From positions 19,158,001 to 19,222,000 of the forward strand of contig NW_024704747.1 in the NCBI RefSeq assembly GCF_018977255.1: a DNA stretch of 64,000 bases. The letters run 5' to 3'. The notes under the pieces are model-generated. The model was not told the DNA's origin. It searched no databases and worked only from the letters and a program-made list of their open reading frames with translations. The stretch comes from Callorhinchus milii (taxonomy: Eukaryota). Below are positions 48,618-60,546 of this stretch, in pieces (position 1 is the stretch's first letter; every line of letters starts with the position of its first letter). The position numbers were made by a program, and so were the translations under genes.

Positions 48618-48702
48618 CTGCGCATGCGCTGCTCCGCCGCCCGCCGCCGCCGCTTCTGCGCATGCGCTGCTCCGCCGCCCGCCGCCGCCGCTTCTGCGCA
48701 TG
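48618..48702. promoter_or_regulatory. 38-nt tandem repeat carrying NRF1 sites in the LCMT2 promoter
   Basis: TGCGCATGCGC at 48619 and 48657; partial TGCGCATG at 48695. Confidence 0.7.
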
Positions 48703-49069
48703 TCCCTGGAGCCCACCACCGCTTATTAGAGGTGCGCACCTGTAAATCACCAGCACTCACTCACTCACTGCACCCAGGACCGAGGGGGGGGTATCAGCCT
48801 CTCTGTGGCTACAAGTCCAAGGCATTGGGGGCTTTTGATCATCAGCAATAAGACCCTCTTCCTCCTCTCATTTGGCACCGCGCCTTTCACCTCTCAAAGC
48901 ACTTCGCAGGAATCTTGCTCTCCAGTGTAGTGACTGTCACTGCAGGGTTTGCAGCAGTGCGGAGTGGGGTGGCTGGTGGCGATGGGGCATTGGTGGTGCC
49001 GCAGTGCGGGCTGGGGGAATGGATTACTCCGTGGCTGGGGCTGCCTCCTTGAGGGTCCTACCACAGCCA

Positions 49070-50800
49070 ACCCCACCCGCCTCACCACCTCCACCCGCCC
49101 CACCCGCCCCACCCGCCTCGCCACCTCTCACCCTCCCCACCCGCCCCACCGCCTCTCACCCCACCCGCCTCGCCGCCTCTCACCCTCCCCGCCTCGCCGC
49201 CTCTCACCTTCCCCGCCTCACCACCTCCACCCGCCCCACCCGCCTCGCCATCTCTCACCCTCCCCGCCTCGCCACCTCTCACCCTCCCCACCCCCCCACC
49301 GCCTCTCACCCCACCCGCCTCGCCGCCTCCTCTCACCCTCCCCGCCTCGCCACCTCCACCCGCCCCACCCGCCTCGCCGCCTCTCACCTTCCCCGCCTCA
49401 CCACCTCCCCCCCCCCCACCCGCCTCGCCATCTCTCACCCTCCCCGCCTCGCCACCTCTCACCCTCCCCACCCGCCCCACCGCCTCTCACCCCACCCGCC
49501 TCGCCGCCTCTCACCCTCCCCGCCTCGCCACCTCCCCCCCCCACCCCCTCGCCGCCTCTCACCCTCCCCGCCTCGCCGCCTCTCACCCTCCCCGCCTCGC
49601 CACCTCCACCCGCCCCACCCGCCTCGCCGCCTCTCACCCCCCCGCCTCGCCGCCTCTCACCCTCCCCGCCTCGCCACCTCCACCCGCCCCACCCGCCTCG
49701 CCACCTCTCACCCTCCCCGCCTCGCCGCCTCTCACCCTCCCCGCCTCGCCGCCTCTCACCCTCCCCGCCTCGCCGCCTCTCACCCCCCCGCCTCGCCGCC
49801 TCTCACCCTCGCCGCCTCGCCACCTCTCACCCCACCCGCCTCGCCACCTCTCACCCTCCCGCCTCGCCGCCTCTCACCCTCCCCGCCTCGCCACCTCCAC
49901 CCTCCCCACCCGCCCCACCGCCTCTCACCCCACCCGCCTCGCCGCCTCTCACCCTCGCCGCCTCTCACCCTCCCCACCTCGCCACCTCCACCCGCCCCAC
50001 CCGCCTCGCCACCTCTCACCCTCCCCGCCTCGCCGCCTCTCACCCTCCCCGCCTCGCCGCCTCTCACCCTCCCCGCCTCGCCACCTCCACCCGCCCCACC
50101 CGCCTCGCCACCTCTCACCCTCCCCGCCTCGCCGCCTCTCACCCTCCCCGCCTCGCCACCTCCACCCGCCCCACCCGCCTCGCCATCTCTCACCCTCCCT
50201 GCCTCGCCTCCTCTCAACATCCCCGCCTCGCCGCCTCTCACCCTCGCCGCCTCGCCACCTCTCACCCCACCTCGCCGCCTCTCACCCTCGCCGCCTCTCA
50301 CCCTCCCCGCCTCGCCGCCTCTCACCCTCCCCCGCCCTCGTCGCCTCGCCGCCTCTCACCCTCCCCGCCTCGCCGCCTCTCACCCTCCCCGCCTCGCCGC
50401 CTCTCACCCTCCCCGCCTCGCCGCCTCTCACCCTCCCCGCCTCGCCGCCTCTCACCCTCCCGCCTCGCCACCTCCACCCCCCCCCGCCTCGCCACCTCTC
50501 ACCCTCCCCGCCTCGCCGCCTCTCACCCTCCCCGCCTCGCCACCTCCACCCGCCCCACCCGCCTCGCCATCTCTCACCCTCCCTGCCTCGCCTCCTCTCA
50601 ACATCCCCACCTCGCCGCCTCTCACCCTCGCCGCCTCGCCACCTCTCACCCCACCTCGCCGCCTCTCACCCTCGCCGCCTCTCACCCTCCCCGCCTCGCC
50701 GCCTCTCACCCTCCCCGCCTCGCCCCCTCTCACCCTCGCCGCCTCTCACCCTCCCCGCCTCGCCGCCTCTCACCCTCCCAGCCTCGCCACCTCTCACCCA
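49070..50800. repeat. C-rich minisatellite, 24-nt core CCTCGCCGCCTCTCACCCTCCCCG with variant units
   Basis: Directly visible tandem array with interspersed variants (CCACCTCCACCCGCCCCACCCG) and higher-order duplications. Confidence 0.95.
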
Positions 50801-51167
50801 AGCTCACAACCACAGCTGGAAGCAACTGCTTTTTTAAGTGATCAGATCACCAGTGCATATGCAATTGACAACTGCATCATATGCTTGAAAAGACACCATA
50901 CATACACCTAAAGGCCTATTACCTCGTCACTGGTGACTGCTTCTCTACAGGAACGTGGCAGCCAATTTACACGCAGTAATGACCCACAACCGCTCATGAA
51001 ATGAAGGACTGATTTTATTTGGAAAATTGATGACCATGACACTTGGAGAAACTCCCATCTCTCCTCGAATAGTGCCATGGGCTCTTTTAAATTTCCACCT
51101 GAACAGACAGGTGGGATCTCAGTCTAACATCTGATCTCAGTTTAACGCATTCATAACATCCAGGCTT

Positions 51168-51743
51168 GACTATGCAAATTCATTGCTTGTCTGCCTCCCC
51201 AACTCCTCCCTCCATAGGCTGCAGGTCATCCAGAACTTTGCAGCCCGTGTCCTTTCCCGCACCAGGCTCCGTGATCTTATCACCACCATCCTCGCCGGAC
51301 TCCACTGGCTTCCCATCACACAGAGGATACAGCTCAAGATCCTGGTCCTTAACTTCAAAGCCCTCCATTGCCCTGCTCCCCCCTACCTCTGCGACCTCAT
51401 AACCCCCTACCAACCCGCCCGCTCCCTCCGCTCAGCGAGCTCCGGCCTGCTTCATGTCCTCCGCCTTGCCGCCCCACCATTGGCACACGGGCCTTCAGCC
51501 ACTCTGCCCCCACCCTCTGGATCTCCATCCCGCAGACCCCCGCCTCACCCCTTCCTTGCCTCCTTCAAGACCCATCTCAAGACCCTCCTCTTTGACCGTG
51601 CTTTCGATCACCCTGCTTCCCCCCTGCGCTCCACCCTCCCCAATCCCGACCCCCATCTTGGGTCCAAAACTCTGACTGTCCAGCACCTTGGGAAGTCCTC
51701 TCCCGATGTGAAAGGCTATACAAATGTAATTTTGTTGTTGTTG
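51168..51743 (+). mobile_element. L2-clade LINE 3' fragment with open ORF2 C-terminal remnant
   Basis: LQVIQNFAARVL...LAGLHWLPITQRIQLKILVLNFKALH..APPYLCDLITPYQPARSLRS; tail ends (TTG)n. Confidence 0.9.
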
Positions 51744-53685
51744 ATCTGAAGGAAGCCATCATCAACAATCAGCATCCCCCAAGCACATTATTCAAGCGTC
51801 AGCCTAGAATGTAGTATCAAAGTCCCAACATGGGCTCGAACCCATAACCGATGAGGCAGGTTGACACCAATAAATTCCAAGTGGAGTATCCAAACATATT
51901 TATCTCACGCACTTGACACACAGATGCAGTTGCAGGTGAATATTGCAAAGTGACGCTTGATGCTGCCATTTGTTTGAGCATGCATGTATGAATGCATGCA
52001 TGTGCATATGTATATAGGCATGCATGCATGCAAACAAGTTAGAAAGCACTGCTGAAGGTGCAATCACAGATGCACTAAATCTTGCTTTGCCACTTTGGAA
52101 TCTATTAAGAATATCCTGCTCTTCTTCCTCTGACCACTTGGTGAAGCACTTGGGCCACAAGTGGCACATCTGGAAACAGTTACAGCTTTGCGTCAGCTCA
52201 CCCAAAGGAGATTTCAACAACCACCCCCATCGCTCCCCCCCACATTGAGGGCAGGTATCCATTGTGTCCTATAAAGAGAGAGGCTTGAATTTTCTCATGT
52301 TGTAGCCTTAGGACCATTCCCTTAAAGTTTAAGTCCCCTTAAAACCATCCCCTTAAAGTTTAGGATAATGTAGAATTTTGCAAAGTTCTTAACTTCAGAC
52401 ATAATTTGCTAGCTGTTTTCTCTCAGTTCTTCATAATAATACTTTTGATTATAGCGCCTTATCAACTCATTGAATCTTCCCAAAGTGCTTCACAAGATTT
52501 TACTGTAAAGTGTAGTGACTGTGTACATTATCACACCAGATAGACACTCCAGTTTCTAACTGACGTCCAAGATGAACGAAGGACATTTGAATCAGAAATC
52601 TTCATCTTGCTCTCTTGAGCTCATTCGCTTTTTTCCCATTGCCTATAATTATTTTACTTTTCTTCATTATTAAATCAATCAGTCCTGCTTTGTTGAAATG
52701 CAGCTTGTGTCTGATGGCATGGAATTTGCGCTCAAAAAGAGGCACCGACTTTGAATAACCCGTCGGAGGATTGCTTTAATTGATTCAGCGGCCTTCATGT
52801 ACGCAACGTCTAGAACACTCATAAACGACGGAGTCAGATGAGGTACATGACCGGTATGGTCAAAGAGAGAGGTTTTAAGATGAGATTTAAAGGCAGAGAA
52901 GGTGAGACAGAGGGATACAAGGTGGAATTGCAGAGGTTAGGGGCATGGAATGTGAAATGTGTCCAGGTTATCTGCTATCTATATCCATTGTAGAAGCTCT
53001 TGTATCCATTTAAAAATTGCATGCCTGCAAAAGCAAACAGCACCATATCAGCTGCCTTGTTAACACATAGCACCTCCTCTTATCTCTTCCACCCGGATAC
53101 ATTGTGCCTGGATTAATGTGACAATTGCACAGTCCATTGAGTATTGCCATTGAAGTTTCTGTCTCTTGTTAGTATCCCTTTAACGATAAAATTCACTTGT
53201 TGAAGCAGTTGCCTGTGTGCAAGTTTGTAAAACTAATGAGGAAAGAATGCCAACTAGCAGCTAAATGACTCACAGAGGGATGCAAGTGGTTTGGCGTTTG
53301 CAGGATTAATAAGTTAGGTATTTGTCATGAACCCCAATTGACCTGGCAGCACATTCCCTTACCCCACTCAATCATGGAACAGTGTGCATCCATACAAGTC
53401 ACAATAAGTCCTCAGCTCCTTAACCTATGGAAATAATTACCCCTCGGGAAGGGCACTGTTTTAGTGCAAGTTGTTGGTGTAATTACAACCTTTCACCCAA
53501 AAGATAGCTTATCACGTCTTTGAGACGTCTCAAAGTGCTTCACAGAATATACTGTATATTTTGTGGGCGAAACGCGACAACCAATTGCACACAGCAGATG
53601 TCTGTATGTGGAACATTGCTGTGTGCAACTGACAGCCGGGTTTCGTCCACAAAATACACAGTCAATCTACTTTACAATGTGTATT

Positions 53686-54017
53686 GTGGAGTCCTGTAGC
53701 TCAGTGGTTAGAGCACTTGCTTTGCAAGCGAGAGACCTGAGTTCAATTCCAGGCAGAGGGCGAAACCTTGGGCAAGTTTTCCTTACTCCACACAGAGCCT
53801 AATAATAATCCCTCCAAAAAAACAAAAACAATAATAAATTGGTCATTTTTAATCCACGACTGTTTGTGGGACATTGCTGTGCGCAATTGGCTGCCGCGTT
53901 CGCCCACAAATATACAGTCAATTTCACTTTACAGTGTGTTCTGTGAAGCGCTTTGGGATGTCCTCCCGACATGAAAAGCGCTATATCAAATGCAAGCATT
54001 ATTATTATTATTATTAC
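53686..54017 (+). mobile_element. full-length tRNA-Ala-headed SINE nested in an older SINE tail
   Basis: Near-identical to the other copies; host tail resumes at ~54018 (AATATATCCTGAGAAATGCTTTG...). Confidence 0.9.
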
Positions 54018-54689
54018 AATATATCCTGAGAAATGCTTTGCGACATCTTAATGATGTTATAAGGTTCTATATCGAATGCACAGATTATTTTATTATTATG
54101 TTAACAACTAGGAAACCAAAACAACTTTCATTTAATTTGTGCACTTTACATAGGGGTAATGCCTCAAAGCAATTTGCAAAAACAAAGAAGCAGGAGGAGG
54201 AGGTTCCCAAGGTGAAGGGCATAGAATCTGACTATTAGACCACATCATGGAAACCTTATGGAATTCCAAGTTTAGCTATTCGTAAATGGTGCAGGAAAGG
54301 GGTGAGGCGAGTGGGGGAAATCAGTAACTGAAATAAAGCTTTGGAAAGTAACGGGAAAAAATGCGAATAAGTAAATAAACTTACGACTTCAAAAGATCGC
54401 TTTTGACCAAGATGAGCAAAGTTCAAAAACAAACTCTAAAAGTGACCTAAACTTGAACCTTATAACACATTTATGAACATGCCAGCAAACTGGGGAGGGG
54501 TGGGGCAGCAGTTGGACTCAGTTTGATGACACCAAGACACCTTCTTAAACCGTTTACCCCTTCCAGAATATTAAACCAAAAAAAACATTCTGGAAGTTCT
54601 CTCAGGACAGCTTGGTGGAATATAACCAACTACTCAGCAAACATATCAGACAAAATGCGTTACAGAGAGCAGGAGTTGTGCTTTATGTG

Positions 54690-54908
54690 TAATCCACAGC
54701 TTTCGCCCTCACATAGTAACTGCTATCAAAGAAAAATATTCACGGTAAGATTGCAGATTTCTACAGGTTTTAAATGACTTCATTCCAAACTGTGACAGTT
54801 TTCCTAAAGCAATAGTACTTTATAGCGGTGGGAAAGGGGGTTAGCACCGCACAGTGATGCAGTGATTAGGAACAAAAAACAACCCTGGCCGATTTTCCAT
54901 CTCTCTGG
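54690..54908 (-). pseudogene. duplicated fragment of LCMT2 (end of intron 2 plus part of exon 3; source 47204-47422)
   Basis: TAATCCACAGCTTTCGCCCTCACATAGTAAC...CCATCTCTCTGG is collinear with the source, with scattered substitutions. Confidence 0.9.
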
Positions 54909-54949
54909 CTAGGGAGCTCAGTACGGCACCAATAGCCCCAATAGCAAAT

Positions 54950-55566
54950 TAAAGCATTGTTGGAGGTGCAATCTTTCAGATGAGACATAAAACCGAGGTC
55001 CCATCTGCCTGAATGATAAACATCCCATGACACTATTCGAAAAGAGTAGGGAATTTCTCCCGGTGTCCTGGCCAACAATCCTCCCCCAAAAAATGTTCAT
55101 TCGTTCCATGGCTGTTCATGAGACGTGCAAACTGTCTACTGTGTTTGTCTACAAATACACAATCACTGTACTTCTCAATAAAATCCTGCGAAGCACTTTG
55201 AGATGTGTCGATGATGTGATAAGGCACTTAGGGTTAGTGCATTTGATATAGCGCTTTTCACGTCTTCTAGTTGTCTCAAAGCATCTAGAAGACCGCGTCT
55301 AGCTTCACAGAATATACAGTAAAGTGAATTGACTATATATTTATGGGCAAAACGCGGCAGCCAATTATGCACAGCAGTCGTGGATCGAAGTGTCCAATTT
55401 TTTTTAGGGATTATTATCAGGCATGTGGAGTAAGGAAACTTGCCTAACATTTTGCCCTGCCGAGAATAGAACCCAGGTCTTTCACTTGCAAGGCGAGTGC
55501 TCTAATCACTGAGCTACAGGAACTCCATGTCAAAATTGCAAGGTTTATTACTATTATTATTATTAT
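54950..55566 (+). mobile_element. Deu-domain SINE interrupted by an inverted tRNA-Ala-headed SINE (55238-55527)
   Basis: Deu core GATGAGACATAAAACCGAGGTCCC...; host tail split as ...GATAAGGCAC | TGTCAAAATTGCAAGG...(TTA)n. Confidence 0.85.
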
Positions 55567-57186
55567 TGAAGCACTCTCAATGGCTTAGAGGGCAAAGGCA
55601 GCACTTAGACAATAATTGAAAAATCCCGGTCTGTGCTGAGTAGCTGATCTCAGCCAGGGTGGCAGCTTAGACTCAATTGAGTGAGTCAGGATCACTGATC
55701 ACTATCCAAGGACTTTCTCCTGCACGGTGGGCGAGGAAACAGTTGGACTGTGCAGTGCTGCCCTCCATAGTTGTACAGCTACCGACGTCTCACAGTCAAG
55801 ATGCTGGTGGGGCCGGGGGGGTGGCGGGGGTGGGGGTGGTCGAACACTTTTATTAGATGGGAGAAAATTGGAGAAAAAAAATAAATCTTATTATTTTAAT
55901 GAATGAAAATCCCTGGTTCCCAGAAGGCCTCACTGTTAATGGTATTTCGTGACCTCCTGGGTCAAACTCCACTGTAAGTACCAAGTGAATGGGCATTAAT
56001 AATTTATTTAATGTTCACTAACAGCTCCAAATGGGGGTGCATTAACAACAAATTGTGTCCGACTCTTCCTCTTGATTTTTGTTTGATTGATCAAGACTTT
56101 GGCTTGATGCAGACCATCTGTTAACAGAGCACTGTGAAGCAGCCCCTTAAACCTCCATTGCTGTCAGTAAGTACAGAAATAGATGGATGACATCTATTAA
56201 TGTTCACCGTGTTTGTCAGACGGACTGAAATTGTGGTTGTTCGGGGGCACAATTGGTTTGCTGCACATCATATTTAAAAAGAGTAGACATAGAGATAAGC
56301 AGTTTTCAGCCTATTATCATTTAATCTTTTTCATTAAAATGTACCTCTGCCACCCGTCAGTCCTCCCCTGTTAATTTAGGAAATTCGTAGAGTAACATTC
56401 AATGGGTATTTGGCTCAGACGTGCCTTTTAAGACGGGAACGCTGGCAGAGATGCAGCAGTTATTTACATTTTCACTTCAGTGGGAATTTATTCCTGGAGT
56501 TGTGACACAGGTCGAGATCCAAATGTTTCACTAATAATGACACCAGCAAGATCTAAATTAATAAGGTACCATAGACTTCTACTTTTAAGTTTATGAAACT
56601 TCTCTGCTTTTTTTTTTGGTGAGCCAGGTGTCCAACGCATGTGGAAACCCATCACTATGCTTAAGAGCAGCCAAACCAGACTGAGAGTTCCACGTATGTA
56701 CGCCACCTACACATGGAAATTCTCCTGCGTCTGTACTGGAATGCATCCTCTCTCCCGAAAAGAACACAGCCTGCGTACCTAATATTAGGGAGCATCGGGT
56801 GCAGGTTGGCGTGAGCCAAGACTTAGGGGCTACGTGTGTTGAGGTACTGCAGGAATTCAGCCAGTTAAAACCACATAGCTTGCCATTCAAAGCACTTAAT
56901 GGGAACTTTCCCGCTGCTTATCCAGGCTGACATCAGCATTGCCTAAGAGGCTTGGGAACCAGAATACTGAGACTATCACAGAGGATTGACTTAATTCCAA
57001 CATTTTGTTGCAAAGCATGTTGCCCTGGGCTCAGCTCAGCTCCAAAAAGACCCCAGTTCCCCTACCACACCCACTTCTCCCCGAATGAAAAAAACAAACT
57101 GGACAGTGCAGGATGAAAAATCTCCACTTGCCTAAATCAGTGCAGCTTATTAGACATGTGGGTTCCCAAAGAATGGTACAGAGTCT

Positions 57187-57620
57187 AAGAACATGGAAAA
57201 CAGGAGCAGGTCAAGGCCATTGAACCTTCTCTACCAGTTTACTGGATCTCAGCAGATCTTTTAGTCCCAAAGCCCCATTTTTTTGTCGTACCCCTTAATA
57301 CCTCTCCTACCCAAGTATCTGTCTTTTATTTAAACATCCTTATTCATTCTGCCTCTACAGCTCTCTGCCTTTTTCTGGGGCAGAACGGTTCAAATCTTCA
57401 CAACCCTCTGTGTGAAGAGATGCTTCCTAACCTCAGTTCTGTCTCAGTTCTGATTTTAAGGTTATGTTCCCTTGTAATGAAATTCTCTACCAGAGAGAAG
57501 AATCTTCAACTATCTAATTTGTCAATTCCTTTTCTTATTTTATATGCCTGAAACAAATCCCTCTTAATCTCTGCTATAAGGAACAGAACACCACTCTACT
57601 TAACCTCTCATCATAGCTAA
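57187..57620 (-). mobile_element. CR1 LINE 3' fragment
   Basis: TTCACAACCCTCTGTGTGAAG, whose reverse complement encodes an FTQRVV-like motif, with a RGHNLK-like remnant and tail. Confidence 0.7.
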
Positions 57621-60194
57621 TGTTTCACCACACTGAATTCCATGTGTGGTTTGCACCACCAGGGAAACAATTTACTATAGCGAGAAGCTCAGAGCATAAA
57701 ATCCACATCATTTTATGTATGTACTGAACCTATATTGATATCAATCTCCTTCCTGTGTGAATGCAAATGGTTGAAATCTCTTAGTAAGACATTAAAGCTT
57801 GATATTTGCCAGAGTAATGCAATCTCTGCACGCATGCTGTGGTTGTCAAATACAATGCGATGCAAAATAGCACTCCTACTTTTCCTCTTTGAAGCATTAA
57901 TTGGAAAAACAAGAGACTAGTCATTTAGAACACAATGTTCTCAATACTCAGCATGTTGAATGCAAAACTACTGTCTACCAGAAACGTAATGCAGTTCAGA
58001 TCTGTAAGTGCAGCACATCCATCTGTCTGTTTATCTCCCTTCTCTTCTGCTTATCTGGACCCCATGCAGACAAGAATCAAACCCTGAACATTTTGTTGCT
58101 TTGGGTACATCAGCACAGTGAACGATTGATGCAGCAGAATAAGGGTTTGAAGACAAAAGATGTCAAATAATGAAAAGCAAACATCTGCATTGAGGAGTAT
58201 GGTTTTAAACCGCGGTTAACAAATTCCTAATATTGGTTCAAGCCACGTGTTTCAACCACAGACAAGATTATTTGCATTCAGATTAGTACAGGCTGTGCAC
58301 CAATATCTCAAAGAATAAGCAAATATTGTTTCCCACCAAGTCAGCTCAACCTAGTGAAAATAATAGTGGCTGAACCATTTAAAAAGATAGGAGTTACTAA
58401 AATCTGCTAAAAACAAATTTCTCTCACCATTATAGTGAATGGATGTACAGGGTGTCTCACACTTACAGGTTCTGCACATCTCCCAGTTAAAGAATGGAAA
58501 AGATCGCTGGGCAATCATCCGACAGTAGGTGTACTAGGGTCTATTATGTGAGTTGTGCAAACCACATGTAAACACTTATTCAGCGAGAATTCTAGGTGCC
58601 TTTAATTATGCAATTAACAACCAATGAAAAGTTCATACAGCACTGAGGAGGTCTGCAATTTCCATTGGGCCCCTCCATTTGCACAACTTACTGTTTCTAG
58701 AAATTGTGCAAAATTGCCATTTTGCTGTGCCTAAAATGGCTGTTGCTTTCTCCAATTAAACAAAACACTCACTATACTTGCCTGTGGTACTGTGAAGCTC
58801 TTTAAAATGTTGGACATTGAATAAATAACAAATGATCCTTGCATTTGATACAGCACCCTTTATGTCTGAAGGAAGTCTCAAAGCACATTGTAGGATTTGG
58901 TGTAAAGTATTGTGACTGTATTTTGTAGGCGACTGCAAGGCCACATTCTGCCCAGATTATTAGTTAGAAAAATGTGAGTTTGTTCTTTCTACCATCGTAT
59001 ACCTAGACTATCACCTCTCCCCTGCCCCCATTATTATCTCTGCTACTCATACCCTCACCTCATCTTCCACCATCAAAATAAACAATCAATTCATTTTACC
59101 ATATATAATGTGAAGCGCGTTTAGATGTTGCAACAACATGATAAGGCACTATTTCAAATGCAAGGATTATTATTATTGCCATTATTATTATTGTTGTTAT
59201 CAGGGAAAAGAAAGCTCTGGTTCTGATTTCTCCCTTTGTACACAGGATAAATCAAACCTTCTGGACTCGATGGTGTTCATTGGTTACATGTCTTGTTAAA
59301 AATACCAGTCGCCTCGGCTGCTCAGTGACAACAAGGCTTGGAATGGCCTGGGGTACTTCAGAGTGATGCTCACTGTCACATCCACATCTGTTCTCCACTT
59401 GAAGTGTAAAAAGTGATTGTATTGAATTTTAAACCTTGGCTTTAGAAAATTGATGCCTACACTAATAAAAGCTAGAGAAAACAAACGCTAGCTTTCACCA
59501 TCCCTCTGCCATGCTCTCGTGGCCCTGTTTTGATTCTATGCCAGCTATGGTTAGATCAGCCTGGACCGGTGGTTTCCGTAGAGACTGACTTTCACCTCCC
59601 TTGGTTTGAGGTTTCAGCAAAAATACCATACTGGTTACAAACCTTGGTCTCGGTGGATAAAACCCCTAATGTAAAACCCCCGAAGCATTGTCTTAGAGCA
59701 CAACCTGCCCAGTGTGCTGCAAATCAGTGAATACAACAAGGAAACTGGTAATACCATCATCTGACAGCCATAACATTAGAAGCCACTCACCCAGCAGCTC
59801 ACAGAACCATTTAACTCCACATTAAATGTTTAAACCAATTGTCTGAATTGTAGATCAATTTGCCCTAAAACAGCATCCTAGACGTTAATATAAACGGATC
59901 CAGCCAGAAGCTTCAAAGAGCTAGCTAAAGGCTCCACTGCTGGAGCCTGGTAGGTCCAGTCATATTTTAATCTATGCATATTGTAATCTACATATATGTA
60001 TATTTTAATTTTCATGTATGATACATTTGCAAGGCGTTTTGATGAGGAGAAAGAGGTGGGCACCACTGGGACCATCCAATGTAACCAACATTACACGCAG
60101 TGTAATACAGTTGGCAAAGCTTGAAGGATGATTCCCGAGTTGTGGGATCTTCCATTGCTGTCAACTCACAAACATAAAAGCAAAAGCAGGATAT

Positions 60195-60546
60195 CTCAAA
60201 GTGCTTGACAGGATATACTGTAAAGGGCAAAGACTGTGTATTTTGTAGCAGACAATTTCAGTGTCCCACAAACAGCTATGAAGGGAGTGACCAACTTTAC
60301 CTGGGGGATTGTTGTCCAGGACATCGGGAGAAGCTCCCTTCTCTTTCGAAATCGTGCCGTGGGATCTTTAATGTCCATTTGAAGAGGTAGATGGGGCCTC
60401 GGTTTAATGTCTCATCCGAATCGCAGCACCTCCACCAATGCAGCACACCCCCAGAACTCTACTGGAACAAAATGAGTTAAAAATCCTGATTGGCAACAAC
60501 CTTCTGACTCCTAGACAAGAGTGCTACCAACTGAGTCAGGCTGACA
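60195..60546 (-). mobile_element. Deu-domain SINE
   Basis: GGGATCTTTAATGTCCA...GGGGCCTCGGTTTAATGTCTCATCCGAA and tRNA-derived head. Confidence 0.85.

Noticed and set aside
49070-50800. CRISPR-like array
   Set aside because: No unique spacers, vertebrate context, no cas genes.
48872-50911. 679-aa and 630-aa Pro-rich ORFs
   Set aside because: They arise from a stop-free C-rich minisatellite open in several frames, with non-ATG starts and no domain signal.
51183-51749. 188-aa ORF as a host gene
   Set aside because: C-terminal remnant of L2 ORF2, 5'-truncated and frameshifted.
56000-60100. Short ORFs as possible exons of a further gene
   Set aside because: No recognisable protein similarity or consistent splice and phase chain found by eye; non-coding exons cannot be excluded.
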